A DNA stretch of 64,000 bases. It comes from an uncultured Alphaproteobacteria bacterium (GTDB lineage: Bacteria > Pseudomonadota > Alphaproteobacteria > Rhizobiales > Xanthobacteraceae). The DNA is taken from positions 190,700 through 254,699 of the forward strand of contig CAWDZJ010000022.1 of the NCBI GenBank assembly GCA_963806815.1, in the 5' to 3' direction. Below the pieces are notes generated by a model, which ran no database searches, was not told where the DNA came from, and saw nothing but the letters and a program-made list of their open reading frames with translations. Shown here piece after piece: positions 40,478-49,153 of this stretch. Numbering within the stretch: position 1 is the first letter of the stretch; every line of letters begins with the position of its first letter. Both the position numbers and the translations under genes were made by a program.

Positions 40478-41975
40478 ATGCTCTCGGTCGGCGTCGATAT
40501 CGGCTCGTCGACATCGCATCTGGTGTTCTCGCGCATCGTGCTGGAGCGGCTCGACAGCCGCTACATCGTGACCATTGCGTGAGAGCTTCTATCGAGTCCG
40601 ACATCCTGCTGACGCCCTACTGCGGCGGAAGAGACCATCGACGCCGCGGCGCTCGGCGCCTTCATCGACCAGCAATATCGCAACGCCGATGGTCGATCCC
40701 GACGAGATCGACACCGGCGCGCTGATCCTGACCGGCGTCGCCGTGCGCCGGAGCAATGCCCGCGCGCATCGGTGAACTGTTCGCGCGCCAGGCCGGCAAG
40801 ATGGTCGCGGTCAGCGCCGGCGACAGCCTGGAGACCGTGATGGCCGCCTACGGCTCCGGCGCGGTCGCGCGTTCGATCCGCGACAGGCGACGGTGATGAA
40901 TGTCGACATCGGCGGCGGCACCGCCAAGATCGCGGTCTGCGCCGACGGCAAGGTGGTCGACCTCACCGCGCTCGATGTCGGCGCGCGGCTGATCTGCCTC
41001 GATCCTGAAAACCGGATCGTGCGGGTGGAGGAGGCCGGCCGCCGCTTTGGCGCCGAACTCGGCATCGACCTTTCGATCGGCGCAACGCTTGCACCGGACG
41101 ATGCGCAACGGCTGGCGGCGCGGATGGCCGATTGTTTGTTCGCGGCGATGCGGGGCGAGACGCCGTGCGCCGGCGGCGTCGATCTGCTGCGGCTCGATCC
41201 GATCACCTATCGCGGCCGGGTCGATCAGATCAGTTGTTCCGGCGGCGTCTCCGAATATCTCTATGGCGGCAACGTCAAGCCGTTCGGCGATCTCGGCCTG
41301 CAACTCGCCAAGGACGTGCGCGCGCGGATCGACCGATCCGGCATGCAGAGCGTGCGGCCCGAGGCGCGTATCCGCGCCACCGTGATCGGCGCCTCGCAAT
41401 ACACCACCCAGGTCAGCGGCAGCACGATCTATGTCGTCGCCGCTGGACGCGCTGCCGCTGCGCAACGTGCCGGTGATCGCGCCCGAGATGATGCTCGCCG
41501 GGGACGCCATCGATGCCGCCGCTGTGGCCGAGGCCATACGCGCAGTGCTGCGCCGGCTGGAACTGGCGGATGCCGAGACGCCGGTGGCGCTGTTCGTGCC
41601 GTGGCAGGGCTCGGCGACATTCCAGCGGCTCGATGCCTTCTGCCGCGGTGTCGCCGAAGGACTTTCCGCGTCGCTGGCGCGCGGCCATCCGCTGGTGCTG
41701 GCCGGCGACGGCGACGTCGGCGGCCTGATCGGCATTCATTTTCGCGAGGAACTGCAAGCTCGCCAATCCCGATCGTCTCGATTGACGGCCTTGAACTGAA
41801 GGAATTCGACTACATCGACATCGGGACCATGCTACCGACCTCCGGCGCGGTGCCGGTGGTCATCAAGTCGCTGATTTTTCCGGCGACCGCCGCGCCTGGA
41901 CGCGAGGGCAACGCGCCGGCGCCCGGCGCGACAATCGATGACGACGTCGTGAGCTTGCCGCATTTGCCGCGCTAA
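40478..41975 (+). pseudogene. EutA-like (ethanolamine ammonia-lyase reactivase family) gene disrupted by multiple frameshifts
   Basis: Collinear with E. coli EutA blocks, but spread over three frames: LSVGVDIGSSTSHLVFSRIVLE; IDTGALILTGVAVRRSNARA; MNVDIGGGTAKIAVCADGKV; IRATVIGASQYTTQVSGSTIYV; LPLRNVPVIAP; VSIDGLELKEFDYIDIGT..VPVVIKSLIFP. Confidence 0.8.
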
Positions 41976-41984
41976 AATGCCGCC

Positions 41985-42602
41985 ATGCGGCGCACCCTCA
42001 TAGCAATAGTAATAGTCCTCGTGGCCCTGGCCGGCTTTGTCGCCTGGCCGGTCTACGACCTTTATCGGCTGGCGCATGCGGTCGAGGCCCGGGACCTGCC
42101 GAAAATCGTTGCCCACGTGAACATTGCGCAGGTCCAGCGCTCGTTGACGGTCCAGGTGCTGCGCAAATATGGCGAACTGACCGGCCGCAAGATGAGCCCG
42201 CTGATGGCCAATCTCGCCGTCGGCGCCGGGTCGGCGGTGATCGATCCGATCGTGGCCAAGCTGATCACGAGCGAGGCGATCGCCGATCTGCTGCGGCGCG
42301 GCTGGCCGAAGGCGCTGGGCGACAAAGACATCCCGAAATTTGATGGCCTCAACGCCAGGGCCTTTTCCAATCTCGGCGCGTTGTTCCAGAACTCCGACTA
42401 CGGCTTTCGGCGCTATACGGTGTGGGTGCCGCCGGACAAGCCGCGCGCGCAGCAGTTCAATCTGCGTTTCCGCCTGCAGTCCTGGACCTGGAAGCTGATC
42501 GGCGTGCGGCTGCCCGAGGAATTGCAGACCCGGCTTGCGCGCGAGGTCATCAAGCGCACCGAGGCGCTCGCCGACAATCCGCTGCGCGCCGGGACCAATT
42601 AG
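41985..42602 (+). CDS. Membrane-anchored protein, DUF2939-like
   Basis: 205 aa with an N-terminal TM helix LIAIVIVLVALAGFVAWPV. The family call is from memory of the overall pattern only. Confidence 0.5.
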   Translation: MRRTLIAIVIVLVALAGFVAWPVYDLYRLAHAVEARDLPKIVAHVNIAQVQRSLTVQVLRKYGELTGRKMSPLMANLAVGAGSAVIDPIVAKLITSEAIADLLRRGWPKALGDKDIPKFDGLNARAFSNLGALFQNSDYGFRRYTVWVPPDKPRAQQFNLRFRLQSWTWKLIGVRLPEELQTRLAREVIKRTEALADNPLRAGTN

Positions 42603-42712
42603 AGCATTTCCAGGCTAAGTGAAAACCGGTTCGTCGTCCGGAAATGCGACAAAACAAAGAGATAGAGCACTTTCATGTTTCTACTTAAATTGAAAGCGCT
42701 CGAGAACGTGAT
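42599..42712. repeat. Family B intergenic repeat, copy 2 (starts at the TTAG containing the upstream stop)
   Basis: GAGCATTTCCAGGCTAAGTGAAAACCGGTTCGTCGTCCGGAAATGCGACAAA...AGAGCACTTTCA..TGAAAGCGCTC. Matches 5214..5313. Confidence 0.85.
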
Positions 42713-42882
42713 CAGGCTGGGTCAATTGCCCCTTTGTCGTTCGCTGCGCCCGACCTCATTCTTCGACGAGTGACTATTGCTCGTCTGCAGGATGAGGCTG
42801 AACGAGGGCGCGTTCTCATAAATCCGCGATGTCCGCTTCACCCGTGAAATCGGACTTCACATCGGACTTTGCGCGCGGCCTG

Positions 42883-43049
42883 CCAGTGTGGTGGATTTGA
42901 AATTCGTTGCATGATTTGCGATAGGCACTCAAACGAATTTCAAATCCAAAACCACACTAGATTCATAAACTTGCTCGTGTCCTTATCGAATCCGCGGTTC
43001 ATACGGAGCAGGCTGAATAGTACGACGAACTTCGGATTCGGGACTCTAG
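42883..43049 (+). repeat. Family C composite hairpin repeat, copy 1
   Basis: Module 1: AGTGTGGTGGATTTGAAATTCGTT..AACGAATTTCAAATCCAAAACCACACTAG. Module 2: ATTCATAAAC..GTGTCCTTATCGAATCCG..CGAACTTCGGATTCGGGACTCTAG. About 88 percent identical by eye to the reverse complement of 50842..51008. Confidence 0.88.
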
Positions 43050-43146
43050 CGTATGATCTGGAATAGTTGCAGACTTTTCCAGATCATACGACATGCCCGG
43101 ATGTTGGATGGACACCGCGTTTAATTTGACTGAATCGAACTCTCAG
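43046..43146. repeat. Family A module (diverged copy)
   Basis: CTAGCGTATGATCTGGAATAGTTGCAGACTTTTCCAGATCATACGACATGCCCGGATGTTGGATGG...GAATCGAACTCTCAG. Confidence 0.75.
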
Positions 43147-43195
43147 TGCCAACGACGGTCAAGCTTCCGACGTTTCGGAATGGACCTGGGAGGAA

Positions 43196-43687
43196 TTACT
43201 TCAACCGGTAGCCGGCGTGGCATGCGACGCAGGCGCTCATCACCTCGCTGAGTGCGCCAAGAGCCGGCTTCAGATTCCCGGTCACGTCGGCATTCTGGGC
43301 TTCGATCGCAAAGCGGCTGGCGGCACGGTGCATTGTTGTCCCAGCATCCTGCATCCCTTGAGGCATATATTTTGCGACTTCTTGCGCGCCATGCAGCCGG
43401 AGCGAACTCATGCCAAGCCGCTCCTCGGCGACCTTGGCTGCCCGATCATTCTGACCTCGTGAAAGCGCGTCGCTCACCTCCCAAAGGGCCATCAGGTGAT
43501 CCCGCATGTTGGCCAGCGTATGGTCCACGAGTGCCGGCGGGAACTCTACCTGGATACGTGTGTCGGTCGCGGCAGCGCTGTGGCCTTTGTCAGCTTGATG
43601 ATGCCCGTGGTGTTGCTGTGCCAGGGCCATATTCCCTCCGAAAATGGTGGCACCCGAGACGATAGCGGCAAGCAATTTTCGGCGCAT
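43196..43687 (-). CDS. Exported class II c-type cytochrome (cytochrome c'/c556-like four-helix bundle)
   Basis: Signal peptide MRRKLLAAIVSGATIFGGNMALA. Single haem motif CVACH five residues from the C-terminus, as in class II cytochromes c. His-rich mature N-terminus QQHHGHHQADKGH. Confidence 0.6.
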   Translation of the reverse strand: MRRKLLAAIVSGATIFGGNMALAQQHHGHHQADKGHSAAATDTRIQVEFPPALVDHTLANMRDHLMALWEVSDALSRGQNDRAAKVAEERLGMSSLRLHGAQEVAKYMPQGMQDAGTTMHRAASRFAIEAQNADVTGNLKPALGALSEVMSACVACHAGYRLK

Positions 43688-43693
43688 GGCATT

Positions 43694-43729
43694 TCCTTCG
43701 GTCGTGACTGATCCTTCGGTCGTGACTGA
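43694..43729. repeat. Perfect 18-bp tandem duplication covering the Shine-Dalgarno region of the cytochrome gene
   Basis: TCCTTCGGTCGTGACTGA occurs twice. On the coding strand each unit ends in GAAGGA. Confidence 0.9.
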
Positions 43730-43760
43730 GGTCCTATAGACCACGTTCAAGCGGATCTCA

Positions 43761-43776
43761 TATGATCGCGATCATA
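43761..43776. promoter_or_regulatory. Perfect 16-bp palindrome resembling a Crp/Fnr-family operator
   Basis: TATGATCGCGATCATA fits TGAT-N4-ATCA of the FNR/Dnr consensus TTGAT-N4-ATCAA. It lies in the divergent spacer between the cytochrome gene and the Crp/Fnr-family gene. Confidence 0.5.
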
Positions 43777-43883
43777 AGGGGACCGCACGGGCGATCTTCG
43801 TTCAGGAAAATCATGCCGGGCGTGATCGCTGTTCGGATTATCCGTCTCACCTTTGTTCTTGGGTAACAAGGTGCCAAACGCCG

Positions 43884-44510
43884 ATGGCTCGATTCGTAGA
43901 CTGGGTGGTATTGGGAGGGGCGTCGCCGCTCATCGCGGCAGTGCCTGAGCAGGCGCGGAAAGCCGCGCGAGTAGTGAACCTCTTGGAACGCGCCCGGTTG
44001 TTCAGTCGTGGCGATAGGCCGGGGGCGATGTACTTCGTCGTCTCGGGGGAAATTCATTTGGTGCGGCATTCGCGGCTGGGAAACGAGATCGTGCTGCAAA
44101 GAGCTCGTGACGGCGTTCTAGCGGAGGCCAGTCTGGATCAGGAAGCCTATCACTGCGATGCAATAGCGGTGGCGCCGTCCGTGCTGCTGATGATGCCGCG
44201 CAAGGCATTCCTCGAGGCTCTCACTGACGGAGATTTCAGAGGCAAATGGATGTCACACTTGGCGCGCGAACTGCGACGTGTCCGCGCGCAAGCAGAGAGG
44301 ATGAGCCTGAAGACCGCCGCTGAACGCATCATACATTTCGTTGAGACGGACGGCGATGACGGCTCGATCCGCCTGTCCCAATCGAAGAAAGATTGGGCCG
44401 CCGAGCTGGGCCTCACGCACGAAGCGCTTTACCGGACGCTGGGCCGCATGGAGCGTACCGGTCAGATTACGATCGCCGGCACGCTCATTTCGCTGGTCCG
44501 CCGCATGTAG
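43884..44510 (+). CDS. Crp/Fnr family transcriptional regulator
   Basis: 208 aa with a cNMP-binding-like beta-roll (LFSRGDRPGAMYFVVSGEIHLVR) and a C-terminal HTH (SKKDWAAELGLTHEALYRTLGRMERTGQI). Confidence 0.85.
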   Translation: MARFVDWVVLGGASPLIAAVPEQARKAARVVNLLERARLFSRGDRPGAMYFVVSGEIHLVRHSRLGNEIVLQRARDGVLAEASLDQEAYHCDAIAVAPSVLLMMPRKAFLEALTDGDFRGKWMSHLARELRRVRAQAERMSLKTAAERIIHFVETDGDDGSIRLSQSKKDWAAELGLTHEALYRTLGRMERTGQITIAGTLISLVRRM

Positions 44511-44721
44511 TGAACTCGGATGACGCGAAGCATGTCCGGTATGGGCGCTATTTCTGGCCCCCTTAGTTTGTCTGAGCTGAGTCAGAATTCGACAAACCGC
44601 AAAGTGAGCATAGCGAGTCCGCATTTGGGCGGATATCGACCAAACGAACTTCGCCCGAGCAGGTTAAGACCGGGTCTCAGATCGTGATTCAAGTCCCTCA
44701 AGCGAGGGCCTGAATCATGCG

Positions 44722-45846
44722 CTAGCTCCTAACAATTTGCCGCAGCGCGCGGCTGGCGGCCATGTTCTCCAGCGCAATGTTGATGTCGGCGAGCGGCATG
44801 CGATGCGTTATGAGCTTATCGACCGGAAATCGCCCCGATTTGTAGAGCGCGACAAATCGCGGAATATCGCGTTGCGGATTGCAGCTTCCCAGATAGCTGC
44901 CGTGGACGGTCTTGGCGCTGGTGACAAGGGCGGCGAGATCAAGCGCGAATGGTGTCTTCGGATTGACAAGACCGATCGCGACCACACGCCCGCCGCGTTT
45001 CGCCGACATGTAGGCGGTCTGAAAGGCCTCCAACTGACCGGCGGTTTCGAGCGCGCAATCGACCCCGCCGCCGGTCATGTCAAGAATCTGGCCGGCCGCA
45101 TCCGGTCCCGCCGCGATCGCATCGGTCGCGCCGAGGCGCAAGGCGATATCGCGTTTTCCGGCTTCGGGATCGATTGCGATGATCCGGCTCGCGCCCGCCA
45201 ATCGCGCGCCGAGAATGGCGCTGGCACCGACGCCGCCGATGCCGGCAATCGCGACGGTCTCACCGGCGGTCACCTTGCCGGTATGGATGACACTGCCCGC
45301 GCCACAAATGACGGCGCAGCCGAACAGCGCGGCGACCTCCGGCACAAGGTCAGGGTCGATCTTGACGAGTGAGCGTTCGGAGACCACCGCCATTTCGGCA
45401 AAAGCCGATAGCCCCATGTGGTGATACAGGTTTTCGCCGTTAACGGAGAGGCGAGGGCCGCCGCTGAGCAGCGCGCCGGCACGGTTGGCCGCGAGCCCGG
45501 GCTCGCAGAGATGGGCCTCTCCGGCCACGCAGCGCGGACATTTCCCGCAGCGCGGTTGATAGATCAGTACCACCTGATCGCCGGGCGCGAATTGGGTCAC
45601 GTCAGGGCCGATGGCTTCGACATTGCCGCTCGCCTCATGGCCGGGGACGATGGGCATCGGCCAAGCCCGGACTCCGGTGATGACCGAAAGATCGGAGCGG
45701 CACAGGCTTGCCGCATTGATCCGTACCAGCACCTCGTTGCGGAACGGTCCTTCGGCCGCGACCGTCTCGATTTGCAGGGGCCGGCTTTCTGAAAACGGTC
45801 GTGCCGAAACACAGGTGTGAAGAACGGCGGCCTTGAAGCGGGTCAT
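44722..45846 (-). CDS. Zinc-dependent alcohol dehydrogenase family oxidoreductase
   Basis: GHEASGNVEAIG catalytic zinc block, structural-zinc cysteines CGKCPRCVAGEAHLC, and Rossmann motif IAGIGGVG. Confidence 0.88.
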   Translation of the reverse strand: MTRFKAAVLHTCVSARPFSESRPLQIETVAAEGPFRNEVLVRINAASLCRSDLSVITGVRAWPMPIVPGHEASGNVEAIGPDVTQFAPGDQVVLIYQPRCGKCPRCVAGEAHLCEPGLAANRAGALLSGGPRLSVNGENLYHHMGLSAFAEMAVVSERSLVKIDPDLVPEVAALFGCAVICGAGSVIHTGKVTAGETVAIAGIGGVGASAILGARLAGASRIIAIDPEAGKRDIALRLGATDAIAAGPDAAGQILDMTGGGVDCALETAGQLEAFQTAYMSAKRGGRVVAIGLVNPKTPFALDLAALVTSAKTVHGSYLGSCNPQRDIPRFVALYKSGRFPVDKLITHRMPLADINIALENMAASRALRQIVRS

Positions 45847-46119
45847 GGCGTGATCATGTCGTGGCGTCGATCGGCGGGGGAGGCCAGGATCACATGGGGC
45901 GCCTGCCTCCGGCAAGCCGGATGACTTGCCCACCGTAAACCCAACCGACCGAACAGCCCAATTGCCCTTGAGCGCCCGACAATGATCCGCTCCATCGCGG
46001 TCATGGAGTTGGCGGCCATCGCTAGAACCGGCTATGAAGGCGCCGCCGGAAACGGTTTAAGGCCATTCGCGCGCCGCGACATCAGGCGCCGCACAAGCAA
46101 ATTCGGGGGGTGTAAGGCG

Positions 46120-46983
46120 ATGGACTGGACGGAACGGCGCGAGCGATATCGCGCGCTGATCGCGAGTGGCCGCTGCATTCATCCGGGGTCGGTCTACGAC
46201 CCGATCTCCGCGCGCATTGCCGCCGATCTCGGCTACGAGGCCGGCATGCTGGCAGGCTCGATCAGTTCGTTCGCCGTGCTCGGCGCGCCCGACGTTGTCG
46301 CGCTGACGCTGTCCGAATTTGCGGGCCTGGCCTATCGCATCAACCGCGCCGGCAATCTGCCGGTGATGTGCGATGCCGATCACGGCTACGGCAATGCGCT
46401 CAACGTCATGCGCACCGTGCAGGAAATGGAAACCGCCGGCGTGGTGGCGCTCACACTCGAGGACACCGTGCTGCCGACACCCTATGGCGCCGGCTCGAAC
46501 GTGTCGCTGATCTCGATCGAGGAAGGCGTCGGCAAGATGAAGGCTGCGCTCGCCGCTCGCCAGGACAAGCGCCTTGTCATCGTCGGGCGCACTAGCGCGA
46601 TGAGTATAACCGGAGTGAAAGACACGATCGCGCGGCTGAAGGCCTATGAGGCGGCCGGCGTCGACATGTTGTTCATGGCCGGCGTGAAGACCCGCGTCCA
46701 GCTCGACGAAGTGGCCGCCGCCGTCAAGCTGCCACTGTTCCTCGGCGGCGCCGGCCAGGAGCTTTACGACCTCGATTATCTGTCGAGTCGCAATGTCGCG
46801 ATCTGCCTGCTCAGCCACGCGCCGTTCTGGGCCGGCGTCAATGCCGCCTATGAAACGCTGAAGGCACTGCGCGAAGGCACCAAGCCCGCCGACCTGAAGG
46901 GCGTTGCCTCCGCCGACCTGGTAAAGCGCGTCACTCGCCAGGACGACTACACCCGTTGGAACAAGGAGTTCCTCGGCGGCTGA
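46120..46983 (+). CDS. Isocitrate lyase/PEP mutase superfamily protein (oxaloacetate decarboxylase-like)
   Basis: 288 aa with blocks GSVYDPISARIAADLGYEAGMLAGS, CDADHGYGNALNV and LTLEDT, typical of the ICL/PEPM fold. Specific activity not assignable. Confidence 0.78.
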   Translation: MDWTERRERYRALIASGRCIHPGSVYDPISARIAADLGYEAGMLAGSISSFAVLGAPDVVALTLSEFAGLAYRINRAGNLPVMCDADHGYGNALNVMRTVQEMETAGVVALTLEDTVLPTPYGAGSNVSLISIEEGVGKMKAALAARQDKRLVIVGRTSAMSITGVKDTIARLKAYEAAGVDMLFMAGVKTRVQLDEVAAAVKLPLFLGGAGQELYDLDYLSSRNVAICLLSHAPFWAGVNAAYETLKALREGTKPADLKGVASADLVKRVTRQDDYTRWNKEFLGG

Positions 46984-47010
46984 AGCCGGTTTTCGGGACA
47001 TCGCGGTTTA

Positions 47011-47163
47011 ATGTATGATCCGGAAAAGCATGCTCTCGGGCTTGACCCGAGGGTTGCAGACTTTTCCGATAAGCCTGCCCTCGGGCTTGACCCGAGGGAT
47101 CATACGATAAACCAAAATGTTGGACGGTTGTTGTGATTCAAACCGGATAAATCACAGTCTAGA
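47011..47163. repeat. Family A module carrying two nested copies of a ~25-nt mini-hairpin
   Basis: The family A backbone (GTATGATCCGGAAAAG..TGCAGACTTTTCCGATAAG..ATCATACGATAAACC) is interrupted at 47029..47053 and 47074..47098 by C(A/C)TGC(T/C)CTCGGGCTTGACCCGAGGG. Confidence 0.85.
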
Positions 47164-47971
47164 GGACCAGCGGCTTCGCCGGAATAACGTCGCGCTCCCG
47201 CAGCCGCGCGACCGCCGCCATGATCACCGCCAGCGCATCGCGGGTGCCGTCGGCTTCGCCCTTTTCGAAATCACCTTCGATGCGCCCCATCTGGTTGGTG
47301 ACATGCGCAAGGCATAGCACCGGCCGCTGCCGCGCACGCGCGAAGGCGTAGAGCGCGGCGGCCTCCATTTCGACCGCCATCAGGCCTTGGGTCCGCATCG
47401 CCTCGATCGCCGCCCGGGTCTCGCGGAACGGCGCGTCGGTCGTCCAGGTCGCGCCGGTGACAACCGCGACCGGCACATCGCTGAAGGCGTCCTGCAGCGC
47501 CGCCACCAGGGCCGGATCGGCATCGGAATAATCCGCCGGCGGCAGATAGTGGTAGCTGGTGCCCTCGTCGCGCAACGCCCGGTCGATCAGCACGAAGCAT
47601 GGCGGCTTGAGCGCCGGATCGAGTTGCCCGGCCGAGGTCATGCTCACGAGCAGCCGGCAGCCGGACGCGAACAGTTCCTCGGCGACCAGGACCGCAAACG
47701 GCGCGCCGACCGCGCAGCCGATGATTCCGAAGGTCGTGCTGTTCTCGGTGAAGCGATAGAGGTTTGTGTGGTAGCAGGCCCAATTCGAATCGAGCTCGGC
47801 ACGTTCCTCGGACCTCAAACGCCGAACAATGTCGCCGTCGGGATCGAGGATGCAGAAATCAGGCACATCCTCGGCGCCGATATTCTTCTGCCGCCGCGCT
47901 TCGCGCAGCAGGCTCGCCGGCGTGAACGCCGACGCGTCGCTGTGTTTCTTGTTGCGCAGGATCGGCGGCAT
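47159..47971 (-). CDS. Nucleoside phosphorylase family (PNP/UDP type 1) protein
   Basis: Blocks FGIIGCAVGAPFAVLVAEELFASG, VTGATWTTDAPFRET and AVEMEAAALYA, typical of the PNP_UDP_1 fold. Its stop TAG lies in the terminal CTAG of the family A repeat. Confidence 0.75.
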   Translation of the reverse strand: MPPILRNKKHSDASAFTPASLLREARRQKNIGAEDVPDFCILDPDGDIVRRLRSEERAELDSNWACYHTNLYRFTENSTTFGIIGCAVGAPFAVLVAEELFASGCRLLVSMTSAGQLDPALKPPCFVLIDRALRDEGTSYHYLPPADYSDADPALVAALQDAFSDVPVAVVTGATWTTDAPFRETRAAIEAMRTQGLMAVEMEAAALYAFARARQRPVLCLAHVTNQMGRIEGDFEKGEADGTRDALAVIMAAVARLRERDVIPAKPLVL

Positions 47972-47996
47972 GGTGATGTTTTTCAGACCAATCTCT

Positions 47997-48860
47997 TCAG
48001 GCTGCCTGGGCTTCGGGCGCCGGCTTCTGCTCGTAAAGGTGTACATCGCGCTGCGGGAACGGGATCGACAGTCCGGCTGCTTCCAAGGCCAATTTTCCAT
48101 TTTCCGTCAGCGCCCGTCGCACATCCCAATAGTTGGCGTTTGAGGCCCAGACGCGCAGCGCCAGCACCACCGCGCTGTCGCCGAGCGAATCAACAAATAC
48201 GATCGATACAGGCTCTTGATGAACGCGATCATCAGCCGCCGCGAGATCGAGCAATACCTGCTTTCCCTTCGCGATATCGTCACCATAGGCGATACCGAAT
48301 TTCAGATCGACCAGCCGAGTCGGCAATCGCGAGAAATTGTTGATGCGCGTGTTCCATAATTGTGAATTCGGAACGAACAAAAATATGCCGTCCCAGGTGT
48401 GCAGCTCGCTCGCGAACAGCCCGACCTGCCTGACGGTTCCGGCGATCGAGCCGGTATCGACATAGTCGCCAACCTTGAACGGTCGCAGCCACAGCAGCAT
48501 CATCCCTGCGGCGATGTTTTGCAACGTGCCCTGCAGGGCAAGACCGATCGCCAATCCCGCCGCGCCGAGCGCGGCCAGGATGCTGGTGGTCTGAATGCCG
48601 AGCTGGCCGAGTACCGCGACCAGCACGACGATCAGAATGGCGTAGCGCACGACCGAAGCGATGACCGACGTCAGGGTCGCTTCGATCCGCGACTGCCCGT
48701 CCAGTAGGCGGCGCATGGCCCGTTCCGCCCAGGTCGCGATCCACCAGCCGATGCCCAGGATCAAGAGCGCGCCTACAAAGCTGGGTACCGCAACGGCGGC
48801 CCAATCCACGAACTGCTTGAGGAAGATGTTGACTTCGGCGGTAATTTCGTCGGCTTTCAT
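47997..48860 (-). CDS. Small-conductance mechanosensitive channel (MscS family)
   Basis: Three N-terminal helices followed by the MscS signature region GLALQGTLQNIAAGMMLLWLRPFKVGDYV and a beta-domain. Confidence 0.9.
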   Translation of the reverse strand: MKADEITAEVNIFLKQFVDWAAVAVPSFVGALLILGIGWWIATWAERAMRRLLDGQSRIEATLTSVIASVVRYAILIVVLVAVLGQLGIQTTSILAALGAAGLAIGLALQGTLQNIAAGMMLLWLRPFKVGDYVDTGSIAGTVRQVGLFASELHTWDGIFLFVPNSQLWNTRINNFSRLPTRLVDLKFGIAYGDDIAKGKQVLLDLAAADDRVHQEPVSIVFVDSLGDSAVVLALRVWASNANYWDVRRALTENGKLALEAAGLSIPFPQRDVHLYEQKPAPEAQAA

Positions 48861-49153
48861 GGTACCCCCTTGCAGGCTGAATGTGCCGTTCGGTGTGGCC
48901 GGCCAGAAATGGATATCGGTGATAATCACCGCACCAGACATGCGGATTCAACCCCGGACGGCTGCAAGGATTATGACGCCTCACGAGCGCTGACAGTGCC
49001 AAGCCGATTGACGGGAAATACAATCGCGCTGTTCGGAGGTGGCCGAGCGTCGATGTGGCAGGTTGCTTGTGCCAGCCCGACAATTGCCCCTGAAAGCAGC
49101 AAGGCCCCGCTGAGGGGCCTTGCAAACCGGTGCAACTTTCAATCGCTCCGGCC

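Noticed and set aside
39088-40725. 545-aa ORF as a real large protein
   Set aside because: Most of its translation is Arg/Ala/Pro-rich nonsense. Only short stretches match cupin sequence, and the rest of the cupin and EutA signal lies in the other two frames. It is an artefact of reading through a frameshifted pseudogene region.
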